Below, piece by piece: positions 51,006 through 61,000 of a DNA stretch of 64,000 nt. The notes under the pieces are model-generated. The model was not told the origin of the DNA. It worked only from the letters and a program-made list of their open reading frames with translations, and ran no database searches. The stretch's first letter is position 1. Every line of letters begins with the position of its first letter. The DNA is taken from positions 1-64,000 of IMG/VR virus record IMGVR_UViG_3300043436_005236; one strand, written 5' to 3'. A program made the position numbers and the translations under genes. This DNA is from a virus.

Positions 51006-53567
51006 TTAGCCACCGATAAGTTCTTGGAAGTTAGCATCTGTTCTTGTAGCGTAGAAGTTGACTCTTATGAATTCAGCAGTTCTAACTGGTTTAAGGTAGA
51101 TATCTACAACCAATTCATTATTATCAATAACTTCCGGTGTATTATTACGCTCATCGCAGACGATAAGATAATCATATAGACCATCCGCTACTTTTACTCT
51201 CTCGAAGAACGGCGCAAGAGTGTTAACAACTTGCGTTCTTGTAAAGAGTGTGTTATTTTCGAAAATAAAGAACTTCATTACTGACTTAGTTGCTTTTTCA
51301 AGATATAAGAAGTTTCTTCTTACATTAATACGATCAAACGCACTTGGCTTCTTAAGCAACGTCTTTTGACCGAAGAAAACAATGCCTTGATCAGGGAACG
51401 TTGTAATAGGGTTTAGGCTAACTGTATAAAGATCATCGCGTTGTCTTTGGTTAGGTACAAGTGCAACATCAAGAGCATTTGTTACAATGCCTCTGTTAAA
51501 TCCTGCTGGCGCGCCCCACGGACCGATATCTGCGTCTGTTGAAACCATCTTCGCTGCAGCAAAGCCAGACGATGGAACATATGCGTAAATGCCCGCATTA
51601 TCATCATATACTTTAAAGTAGTTTGCATAAACTGTAGCGTACGATGTATTAGCCATTTCAAATTGGTGTCTCAACGCCCAATAAATATCTACTGAGAAGT
51701 TCTTACTAGGATTATTAATTACCTTACTGTCTTTACCTGAAACAAGAATCTGTCTGATAGGATCAGCAATATAAAGAATATCACCTCTACCACCGTCCTT
51801 AATAGGACCGGCGAAAGTTGCATATTTACTAAAGATAGCGTTATAAGCATCACGCGCACTTGTATCTACTAACTCATTTGAAGTTCTAAGAGCTTCAATA
51901 CCTGGAGTTGTTTTGGTATCGTCGAAGTAAGAGCTCATTGAAGCAGCAGCTGTGTTAGTATAAGTCCAAATCGTACCTAACCCACCTTCAGCAATAATAT
52001 CTATATCGAAAATATCGGAGTTTCTAACTCTATCTAAAGCGCGTTGAAGTTTATTAGGGACATTACCGATTGTTTTTGCTGTTACTTTAGCTGGTCCGTA
52101 TGCACCAAGCGGGAACAATGAATCGGCATAACCAATTTGATACGCAGCTGCAGAAAGCTGTGTTGTATGAATACCAAAAGAGTTAAACGCTGCTGTTTGA
52201 TTATTCTCAATAGTAACATACGCCGATGAGAGAGTGGACCTTGCTGCTTGATAAGCAGTGTTTCTAACTGCTTCAGCGTCCGCACTCAGTGCTACAGAGG
52301 TTAGTGATAGATTGTAAGTTGCTAAAGCGGCAGCAGACGTAGCTGTTGCTATAGTTGAAGCGGCAGCAGACGCAGCTGTTGCTGTAGTAGTAACAGCAGA
52401 AAGCGCTGTTTCGAGTTGTTTTGAAATAATTCTTACTTTATTCTTTGGTGTGCCATCATCATTTAACAATTCACCGTCAAATTGATTTGACATATAAGGA
52501 TTTACCAAAATATCGATATTTCTCGAATTATTTTCAAGATTCTCGAGGAAGAAGTTTATTGCTTCACCACCTCTTTCGTTGCTAATTTTTCTGTTATAGC
52601 CAATAGAGCCGTTAAATCCTTCTTCAAGAATAGCACCAAGAGAACTAGCATCAGTTCCAAATACTGATGATCTAAGCTTAAACAAGCCGAGATTTAAAGT
52701 ATCATTGAAAGAATTATTAGCGATATTATAACCTGTTATTTTTTCTTCCATTATTTGCGAGATAGAATCTACAGCAGGGTTATCGCCAGCGGCTGATGTA
52801 GCAGATAAAGCGAAATCAAGGCGTGATTTCGGTATTGTTACGAAAGATGATAACGGTGTTGTTGAATTTGCAGATTGTGCAACAGTTACAACACTTCTAA
52901 CTGCATCAAAGTTTGTAGCAGGGTTAATATTTGTATTGTCTGCTAGGCCAAGATAATACCCGCCAAAGCGATCATCAATTGTTGTTTGGCCTTTATTTAC
53001 AACAATAATACCTGCACTACCAAGGCTAGAAATAGCTGTAAATGCTGTAGCAGGTGTGTTAGACCAGTCAAATGCTTGACCGTTCATTATCTTTAAATAC
53101 TCATCAGGCGTTACACTAAATTGGGTTGGTTTACCGATGAGATAAGTAGCACCAGATGTACCATTTGTAAACGTTGAGCTACTTCCTGAACCAGTTAACA
53201 CCTCAGACAATGTATTATTTGCTGAAGCGCTTTTAAAAACATTAACAGGGTAAGCAAGAAGACCTACAGATGAACCAAAGCCTTCGCCGCAATCACAACC
53301 ATATGGCAATCTGTTAACTAAGAGTTTCGATTGCGAATCAAGAATTGCTTTTACAGTGTGGAAAAAGTATCTTTCAGCTGCTGATTTCGGCGTACCGTAG
53401 ATACGTTCGAATTCTGTTAAACTTGAAATTCCAAGCACTTCATCAGTAGGTCCTTGATCAGAAAACCCTGTTGTGTAAACTGTTGTGCCTGCTGGTGTAG
53501 GAACTCTCAAAGAGAGATCTCTTTCTTGGATTTCAACCCCCGGTGATTGTATAATGCGTTTAGCCAT
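51006..53567 (-). CDS. gp18: Contractile tail sheath gp18
   Basis: SPGVEIQERDLS; PWGAPAGFNRG; QRDDLY...NPI; GQKTL...SAFDRINVRR; CDERNNTPEVID...KPVRTAEFI. Confidence 0.97.
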   Translation of the reverse strand: MAKRIIQSPGVEIQERDLSLRVPTPAGTTVYTTGFSDQGPTDEVLGISSLTEFERIYGTPKSAAERYFFHTVKAILDSQSKLLVNRLPYGCDCGEGFGSSVGLLAYPVNVFKSASANNTLSEVLTGSGSSSTFTNGTSGATYLIGKPTQFSVTPDEYLKIMNGQAFDWSNTPATAFTAISSLGSAGIIVVNKGQTTIDDRFGGYYLGLADNTNINPATNFDAVRSVVTVAQSANSTTPLSSFVTIPKSRLDFALSATSAAGDNPAVDSISQIMEEKITGYNIANNSFNDTLNLGLFKLRSSVFGTDASSLGAILEEGFNGSIGYNRKISNERGGEAINFFLENLENNSRNIDILVNPYMSNQFDGELLNDDGTPKNKVRIISKQLETALSAVTTTATAASAAASTIATATSAAALATYNLSLTSVALSADAEAVRNTAYQAARSTLSSAYVTIENNQTAAFNSFGIHTTQLSAAAYQIGYADSLFPLGAYGPAKVTAKTIGNVPNKLQRALDRVRNSDIFDIDIIAEGGLGTIWTYTNTAAASMSSYFDDTKTTPGIEALRTSNELVDTSARDAYNAIFSKYATFAGPIKDGGRGDILYIADPIRQILVSGKDSKVINNPSKNFSVDIYWALRHQFEMANTSYATVYANYFKVYDDNAGIYAYVPSSGFAAAKMVSTDADIGPWGAPAGFNRGIVTNALDVALVPNQRQRDDLYTVSLNPITTFPDQGIVFFGQKTLLKKPSAFDRINVRRNFLYLEKATKSVMKFFIFENNTLFTRTQVVNTLAPFFERVKVADGLYDYLIVCDERNNTPEVIDNNELVVDIYLKPVRTAEFIRVNFYATRTDANFQELIGG

Positions 53568-53598
53568 AAAATTATTTATAGCTAGCTTAATTATTTTT

Positions 53599-54177
53599 TT
53601 AGTAATTTATAAGTTTAGTGTGAAGCTGCGAATAAACAAACGTAAACGATGATTGTATCTCTTCTGCTTCTCTGTAATTATAATTTATACCGCCTAAGAT
53701 AGTGGGAAAAGCACGCTTATATGTAAATTGCACACGCTTGTTATCATATTCATCGAGACCAAAGACTGTTAGATCAGCTTGATAATCTTTAAATCTATCA
53801 TCTGTTATTAAATTGCGCTTATCAAAAGTACCTGTTTTTTCATCGTGAAGTAAATTTAACCAGCTGTATATTACCCAGTAATTATTATAAGAGTTATCTA
53901 CAGTAAAATTTACAGTTACAGGTGGGAAGGGGCTTCTCGAATGAGTAGAATTATATAAAGTACTACCACCGTAGCGTATCTCAAGAGCTGGCACTGTTAG
54001 CTCTGGAACCACGGTACCGTAAATAGAAAATTGAATAGCATCTTGTATTACTGTGCTACTTTTCCTATCTGTATGTGTATTAATTTTTTGTAAAGCAGGT
54101 GGTAGAGTAAAAACCATCTTAAACTTATCTACACGTGATTTATTAAGTGTAGATTGTTGTAACGCATTAGTAGCCAT
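53599..54177 (-). CDS. Tail completion/sheath stabiliser, gp3-like (start re-assigned to 54177)
   Basis: VTVNFTVDNSYNNYWVIYSWL...FTYKRAFPTILG; TAAATA 5 nt before ATG GCT ACT. Confidence 0.7.
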   Translation of the reverse strand: MATNALQQSTLNKSRVDKFKMVFTLPPALQKINTHTDRKSSTVIQDAIQFSIYGTVVPELTVPALEIRYGGSTLYNSTHSRSPFPPVTVNFTVDNSYNNYWVIYSWLNLLHDEKTGTFDKRNLITDDRFKDYQADLTVFGLDEYDNKRVQFTYKRAFPTILGGINYNYREAEEIQSSFTFVYSQLHTKLINY

Positions 54178-54185
54178 AAGTATAT

Positions 54186-55892
54186 TTATTGTAGTCGCAT
54201 CCAACCTTCAGCCTGTAGATCGGCTATATCGTCTATCGCGCTTTCCTCACCCATACCAAAAACAATAGCTGGTACGTAGTTTGAACCTATCCCCATAATT
54301 TCATTATCAAGATATATAGACGTTGACTGCTCGAACATTGCGACTCCGAAATCCATCGGCTCGATTAATATCGGCTTGCCCTGCTCATCTAATTCTACAA
54401 CATCAAAATACCGCTCTGTCAATTCTTTTTCAAGAATATAGAGAGCATATATTAAAGACATAACTCTATCATCATGCGTGGTACCCTTAGCTCTCCACAC
54501 TCCGTTTGGATACCGTACAAAATCTTTAAGCTCTTTTAATGTTTCTATATCTCGAAATTGTACCGCCTTAACCTCATTTACAAAATAACGCATATTTAAT
54601 ACGCCCTTATACTTAGTGTTTGTATGTGCGATCATGCCCATCTGAGGCCTCTGCCTATTAGCGACTTTAGCACCGTACGATACTACCTTCTCATACCCCA
54701 TATCAAAAGCTAGTCTATCTACTACCTGAGCGCCGCAATTATTACGTTCGATAAGAGCAAGGGGAGATCCCCAATTTCTTAAAACACTGTATACCTTATT
54801 TGCAAACTCTAGCGGTGGCATTACTCTAGTGTGGTAAACAGCTACCTGTTTAATAGCTCTAATATCAGTTATATCTAGAATCTGTATAACAGAAGCATCA
54901 ATCCCTACTCCTTCAGATATATCCACCCCGGCTACATAAATTCTAGACGGATCTGGCTCTTCCCATATTTTATAATGCCCGTCATCTAAAATAATTTTCG
55001 CTGGAGTACACTGCTGCGATAAATTATAAAATAACTCTTCATCGATAGATGAATCTCCAAGCGAGAGAAATTGACATTCATACTCTTGCAAGAAAGACTC
55101 CATACTGCCTAAAGCTTTAAGCTGTTCTTGCTTCCATCGCTCATCTCTACCTGGCACCTCTGACCAGATGACCTTTTCACAAACAAATCCATTCTCATTC
55201 CTATCAGCACCATCTACCAACTTGTAAAAGAGATTACCCGTACCGTTCGGTGTAGATGCTATTAATACTTTTGATTTTTTAGATCGTGAGATAGTAGGGA
55301 ATACCGATCTCCAGAAATCCTCGAGTATGGATTCTGGTTCGATGAAAGCCATCTCATCAATAATAATACAATTGATAGAGGCACCACGAGCTGCAGATCC
55401 GGTAGTGGTGCTGATGCTTATACGTGATCCATTTTCAAATTCGCATGAAGTCTTGCCATACTCTTTAACGCCTGGTTTCAGCCAGTTAGGTAATTCTTCA
55501 TATGCTAGTCTTATTCTCCTAAAAATTTCTATAGCTGTTGCTTCTTTATTAGCTACAATAACTATATTTTGATAATCATTAAAGCATGCAATCCAAAGCG
55601 CGTATATAGTAAGTACAGTAGTCTTACCTACCTGTCTACTTGCAAGTAATATAGCTTTTCTGTTATCTCTTATAGTTCTTAAGCATCTTTTTTGATAAGG
55701 GAACAACTCAATACATACTTTACCAGCATCTGGATCAATAATATAGAAAAAATTCTCAGCAAAATGTAAAAGGTTTTGTTTACTCTTTTTAAGATGATTA
55801 ATCATCTCTTTCGTATACTCATCCTTCCAGTGCTTATTTGGAAGATTAGGATTACCTAAATAAAATTCGTTTTTTGTAGATTTAGCAGGCAT
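54186..55892 (-). CDS. terL: Terminase large subunit, T4 gp17-like
   Basis: YLGNPNL; RQVGKTT (Walker A); IIDEMAFI (Walker B); STPNG; QEYECQF; GVDISEG; HDDRVMS nuclease motif. Confidence 0.97.
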   Translation of the reverse strand: MPAKSTKNEFYLGNPNLPNKHWKDEYTKEMINHLKKSKQNLLHFAENFFYIIDPDAGKVCIELFPYQKRCLRTIRDNRKAILLASRQVGKTTVLTIYALWIACFNDYQNIVIVANKEATAIEIFRRIRLAYEELPNWLKPGVKEYGKTSCEFENGSRISISTTTGSAARGASINCIIIDEMAFIEPESILEDFWRSVFPTISRSKKSKVLIASTPNGTGNLFYKLVDGADRNENGFVCEKVIWSEVPGRDERWKQEQLKALGSMESFLQEYECQFLSLGDSSIDEELFYNLSQQCTPAKIILDDGHYKIWEEPDPSRIYVAGVDISEGVGIDASVIQILDITDIRAIKQVAVYHTRVMPPLEFANKVYSVLRNWGSPLALIERNNCGAQVVDRLAFDMGYEKVVSYGAKVANRQRPQMGMIAHTNTKYKGVLNMRYFVNEVKAVQFRDIETLKELKDFVRYPNGVWRAKGTTHDDRVMSLIYALYILEKELTERYFDVVELDEQGKPILIEPMDFGVAMFEQSTSIYLDNEIMGIGSNYVPAIVFGMGEESAIDDIADLQAEGWMRLQ

Positions 55893-55895
55893 TTA

Positions 55896-55903
55896 TATAA
55901 ATA
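55896..55903 (+). promoter_or_regulatory. T4-type late promoter
   Basis: TATAAATA 5 nt before ATG 55909. Confidence 0.7.
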
Positions 55904-55908
55904 ATTAT

Positions 55909-56868
55909 ATGTCAAGTATGAAAAAGAAAGACATAAATAGTCTAGGTGCTATTTATGGCGATATCCTCAATAACATTAAAAAGAACCTAGTAAAAGAATC
56001 TAAAGTAAAAGAAGAGATAGGTGAAGCTCCTCTACAAAAAGGAGGTCCGCAAGAAACAGCAGGTTATAAGCCTACTAAAGTAGACAGACGTAAAATGTCT
56101 AAAAAGGAGCTCGAAGATAATCTCTATAATATTAAAGATCTCTCTGAAGAAGATGAAGAAACAGCGAAGAAAGCTAAAAAATCTAAAAAAGATTACGATA
56201 AAGATGGTGTTGTAGAAACCCCTGAAGAAGAATATAAAGGCTCAAAAGATAAAGCTATAAAAACAACTTTACAAAAAGAAAGTAATAAAGAAAGTAGAAA
56301 AATTGCACGGAGAAGCCTAAATAATTTTATGAGAAAAAAATCTATTTTTGACAAACTTTATGAAAATGTAATGTTTGACGGTCCGCAGCAAACTAGCGGT
56401 GAAGATGATCTTAATGCACTTGGCATTGATGATGCTACTCCTGACGATGAGCTAGGCAGCGAAGGTGAAGACGAAGTAACGATCACACTTGATCGCGACA
56501 CAGCAATGAAACTTTATGAAGTTCTCGGAGCATGCTGCGGTGAGACCAGCGAAGGTGAAGACGAAATGGGTGGTGAAGACGAAATGGGCGGTGAAGGTGA
56601 AAGCGAATTCGGTGGTTATGGTGATAACGAAGAAGACGAAGAAAACCTCGGCAATGCTTCTACCTTCTCAAAAACTATTGATTATGGTAAGAGCAACAAA
56701 GTAGGTAACCTAAGACCATCAGGCGGCACTGCATCATCAGCTGTAACTGATAAAGTAGGCAACGACGGCGAACACGGCCATGCTCTCGTTAATGGCAAAA
56801 AGCCTGACATGGGTAAAGCTAACAAAGTCGGAAACCTCAAAACAGGTCAAGTAGCTTTTCAACGCTAA
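55909..56868 (+). CDS. Highly charged protein, probable prohead core/internal protein
   Basis: K/E-rich N-half, acidic GEDEMG repeats, repeated GKxNKVGNL; own late promoter and terminator. Confidence 0.55.
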   Translation: MSSMKKKDINSLGAIYGDILNNIKKNLVKESKVKEEIGEAPLQKGGPQETAGYKPTKVDRRKMSKKELEDNLYNIKDLSEEDEETAKKAKKSKKDYDKDGVVETPEEEYKGSKDKAIKTTLQKESNKESRKIARRSLNNFMRKKSIFDKLYENVMFDGPQQTSGEDDLNALGIDDATPDDELGSEGEDEVTITLDRDTAMKLYEVLGACCGETSEGEDEMGGEDEMGGEGESEFGGYGDNEEDEENLGNASTFSKTIDYGKSNKVGNLRPSGGTASSAVTDKVGNDGEHGHALVNGKKPDMGKANKVGNLKTGQVAFQR

Positions 56869-56887
56869 TACAACTTAAATAAAAGTA

Positions 56888-56921
56888 AAAAAAGCCCAGT
56901 AGCTAGCTACTGGGCTTTTTT
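56888..56921. terminator. Bidirectional intrinsic terminator
   Basis: Perfect 34-bp palindrome aaaaaagcccagtagctagctactgggctttttt. Confidence 0.9.
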
Positions 56922-56922
56922 G

Positions 56923-56930
56923 TATAAATA
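56923..56930 (+). promoter_or_regulatory. T4-type late promoter
   Basis: TATAAATA immediately after the terminator, 5 nt before ATG 56936. Confidence 0.75.
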
Positions 56931-56935
56931 ATAAT

Positions 56936-57307
56936 ATGATTAGCTTTAAAGAGTATCTATTAGAATACGCGACAAAGCAGAATAGCCGGTTTTTTGGTAT
57001 ATCTAAACTTAGAGCAGGTAACAATGGTAAATTGTTAGATGATCCTCATGATAGGAAAATAAAAACTTCTTTCCCTCAAGTTTACAACCACAAGCACCCT
57101 ATAATTAATAATATATGCCAAGGTAAAGCAAATAATGTACAAATGTCAGGTGCGCCTTTACTATCTATCTTAAATCTATATAACACACAGTTTAAACCAG
57201 GTGTCAAAACGTTAGGAAACTCAGATGTTGAAATAGAAATGTATGAAGATGAGGAAGGTCAGCAAAGAGGAATTCTAAGGAATAGAAAGAATAAAAATGG
57301 CTTGTAA
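56936..57307 (+). CDS. Hypothetical protein with capsid-targeting-like N-terminus
   Basis: MISFKEYLLE resembles the T4 internal-protein targeting sequence MKTYQEFIAE. Confidence 0.6.
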   Translation: MISFKEYLLEYATKQNSRFFGISKLRAGNNGKLLDDPHDRKIKTSFPQVYNHKHPIINNICQGKANNVQMSGAPLLSILNLYNTQFKPGVKTLGNSDVEIEMYEDEEGQQRGILRNRKNKNGL

Positions 57308-58070
57308 TACTTATAGGAACTGTTCTCCAGAAAACGTTTTCGCGGGTGTATCTAAACCAGAATGTGCACAATTTTTTAACCCCGGTAACTTCCAAGCTGA
57401 ACAATTAATATACGATTCTGCTTATAGTGATTTAATTAATAGTTATGGTATACCTATTAACTATTACGTCAATACCTTTAATTTACTCTCAGCTGATCTG
57501 TTCTATGGAGAAGAACCAACAAAAACATTCAAGGGTCCATATGAATTGCAAATGTATATCGAACTTACAGAAAATGCAATTAATTTATCAAAATTCGGTT
57601 TTGCGTCAGATGATGAACTGACTGGTTATCTACATATTCATACATTTACAACAACAATGAGCAGCTTGGTTAATTACGCTGCTTTTAATCAAGTTATAGA
57701 GCCAAAATCAGGTGATATTATAGAGCTCTCCATTTTGGGATGTGATAGACCAAATGGCCGCGGTCCAAAGTGGTTTGAAATCACAGAGCGCGTTGAGCAA
57801 GATGTAGCACAATTAAATCCGCTTCTCGGTCACTATGTTTACCGTGTAAAGGCTAAGAGATACGAGCATTCGTTCGAACCTGGATTATCAGGCGAAAAAC
57901 AAAATCAACAAGTATACGAGAATTCATTCTCTGGTGTTATTTCGTCAAATATACCCGGAGTTAGCGCGTCAGAAGCTAAATCGTATAATTTTGATATCGA
58001 TAACGAGTCAAAGAATAAGGTATTGGATATGTCTGTAAATAATACCGATATATACGGCAGTTATTATTAA
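57297..58070 (+). CDS. gp14: Neck/head-completion protein, T4 gp14-like
   Basis: LINSYGIPINYY...LFYGEEP...LSKFG..SDDE...PKSGDII...FEIT.V. Confidence 0.8.
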   Translation: MACNTYRNCSPENVFAGVSKPECAQFFNPGNFQAEQLIYDSAYSDLINSYGIPINYYVNTFNLLSADLFYGEEPTKTFKGPYELQMYIELTENAINLSKFGFASDDELTGYLHIHTFTTTMSSLVNYAAFNQVIEPKSGDIIELSILGCDRPNGRGPKWFEITERVEQDVAQLNPLLGHYVYRVKAKRYEHSFEPGLSGEKQNQQVYENSFSGVISSNIPGVSASEAKSYNFDIDNESKNKVLDMSVNNTDIYGSYY

Positions 58071-61000
58071 GTATTAGTTACTGGGTATTTAGTATAGCTC
58101 GTTCTCTTATACACCCGACCCTCAAAATTGATAGTTTCAGAATCATCATCTGCAATAATATATTTTTTAGGGTAGGGCTGCAAAAGTAAGTTAGGTGAGT
58201 TATAGATATTATGGCCATTAATAAATATATTTTTATTATACTTTACATGCTCTGCAGTTATATTAGAATCACCATCTTCAAAGTCTGTAGAGTTAATTCT
58301 AAAAGTTACAAATCTTGCTGTTTTTGGCGATGTATATATACTTTGATAATCAGTTGGTAAGCTCTCATTAGCATATAAAATAGAGAATGTTGTGCTATCA
58401 TGAAAACAACATCTCACAGGGGACGAGCCGTAGAAATTATTAAAGTTACCATCACCCACGCCATTTAAATACGACGCAGTTATAACCGGCCATCTTGAGC
58501 ACATGAACGGATATTGATTAGTAAATCCATGTAAAATTGTAAATGTCTTATAACCTGTCTCGCTCGTGTTATCAGGTACAGAAAAATATACCAGCCCGGT
58601 GCTTTCTTCTACCTCCAGTATATTCCCCGACTCATTATGTTTAGCAATATACGTTATTGATCTACGATCAAACCATTGTTTATCGTTATATGCAATCCTG
58701 ATATTCCAATTTTCATGATTAATCATACCTGTATATAAATTTACCACCGGTATTGTATGAGTACGAGGAGTTTTTATTGTCGTTGTGCCGATACCTCCGC
58801 TAGCGTGTAGGTTGATCGTATAGCCATATCCATTAAGATCTTTATATGTTGGAGCTACCCACCACACACCGACCGGGCTTAAAGAGTAGTACTCTGTAGA
58901 TGCTACTACGTGATCTGTTTGACCGCCCCCAGCAAATGTGTAATTATAATTACGCATAGTTCCATTATCTAAAGAAAAGATATTGTTATTATTTTCGTAA
59001 TAATTAAAAAAATGATTTGTAAATCTTCTCTGTTGCTTAAAATTTGATGCATATAATTCATATCCAGGTAGCCCTCCCCAGTCAGCCCAGTACTGTGAAA
59101 ATCCTGAACCGCAAAAATAGGATGTATTTGTTATAGCGCTAGTACCAATTACAAATGAGGTATCAGCTTTGTAAGAGGTAGGACCAGAAACTATATTATT
59201 ATCTAACTCGTAAATTTCAAAATGACCGCCACTATTACCCCAAAATGGCCAAACCTGCTCTACATTGCCTCTACTTCCTGAAATTGTTTGAGTTTCTATA
59301 ACACCCATTGCATAATAACTGAGGTATAATGCACTATTACCACTAAAAATACAATGTGTATTTCTCGAATTATTATTGTAGCCGATAAATGACGAGAGGG
59401 AGTTTTTCGCGTTTCCTATCGTGTCTGCTGCGCTTAAAGCATAACTGGTTTGTAGAGTAGATAATAATTTATACGTAGTATTATCACGTCTATAAAGCGC
59501 GGTAACGCTACCGGTTCCATAATGCACATCAAATATAAACGAATAACCGTCATAATTATTGACATCCAATAAAGCAGATAAAGGCACAGTTACGCCTCTA
59601 TTACGAGCAAACCCCGAGAGAGTAGCGTTGCGTGATAGATATGATCTTTTTGTATAGCCATGCATAGGTATAGCGAGATATTCGCCATTTTCCGATAGTG
59701 CTATCTTACCTGCTCTCCTTCTTCCAAATCCGCGAAATATATCTGAATATTTTAGAATGTTAGGGTACTGTCGTTCATTCTCTGTATAATAATCTACAAT
59801 ATCATCTTGTATTTCTAATGATGAGATTACCTGTGTAAGTGTAAACTTATCGTTTTGATCTTTATTATAAATATACCAACAATCAGTACCAGCATCACCA
59901 ACAACAAGAGTATTGTTTTTAAACGTAATATGACAAAAGTTTACAAGATTTTGTGTATTAAGAGTCTCTTCCTCATTTAATATTTCTGTGTAGCGTTGTT
60001 GACCTAGGCCACCTACTAGCGGCATAGCTACCTTTCTTGCTGATGGTGCTGTAATTGGACTATAACGATAAGTCTTAGGTACTAACACATCGCTATTAAT
60101 AATATTTCCTGGATGTGGTATAGAGGTTAAATACACCAGAGCTGTACTGTGTTTTTTAAACACGCGTATTTCGTTACCTATGTAATTTGGATTTTGTAAG
60201 TAATAAGAATCTACTATAGGTAGAGGCAATACACTGTTTGAAAGTTTCCACCAATATTCAAAGACAAATGAACTTAGTTCGTAATATGGTGTATTATAAT
60301 TATTCCAATTATACCCCACAGTATCTGGATTTGCGAAAGAAGATATATGAAATACAGCGCTTACTTCTTTATTAAAAACAGGCATACTGAACGAATAAAT
60401 ATGCAAAGCTGGCAAGAAAACATACCCATCTGATTCATGCCAGGCAGAGTTTAACTTCCAATCATAAATCCAAGGTAACTGAACAGCTGTTGTTGTGTTG
60501 AGTATAGTAACATTATTATATCCGATATCGTTATATACCTCTTCAAAGTAATTATTGTAATTTTTTATTAATGGTAGTTTGAAAGATGTTAAATTAGCTG
60601 TATTAGAGCCGCTAAAAAGCGCAGTAGTTGATCTAACGGTCTTTGTGTTATCAAATTCTGCAATTCTACCTGAAAGAGCATTAGCATAAAGCCAATCTTT
60701 ACAATCTGTATATGTAGCGTTTAAATTATCATTTAAGTACTGTACTAAACACCCAACAACTTGAGGACATGCAAAAGAAGTACCAGACGCAACACCATAT
60801 TTATCATTAAGAGCATTATACCAGGTCATACTACTGCCAGTAGCTGTCGCACCAATTACATTATAACCACATGCATACAAATCAATTGTTTCACCAAAGT
60901 TACTGTATTCTGACTTAATAAACAATGAACCACGCTCACCGCGGTTAAGGCATCCGCTTTTTTCATTTATAATTTTATTTTCATGATAAAACCCAAAATT

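Noticed and set aside
54186-55892. Intein or intron in the terminase
   Set aside because: 568 aa with normally spaced motifs and no splice-junction or homing endonuclease motifs.
33042-55892. Bacterial contractile injection system or tailocin instead of a phage
   Set aside because: T4-type terminase, gp14 neck, clamp loader and late promoters indicate a true phage; no host genes present.
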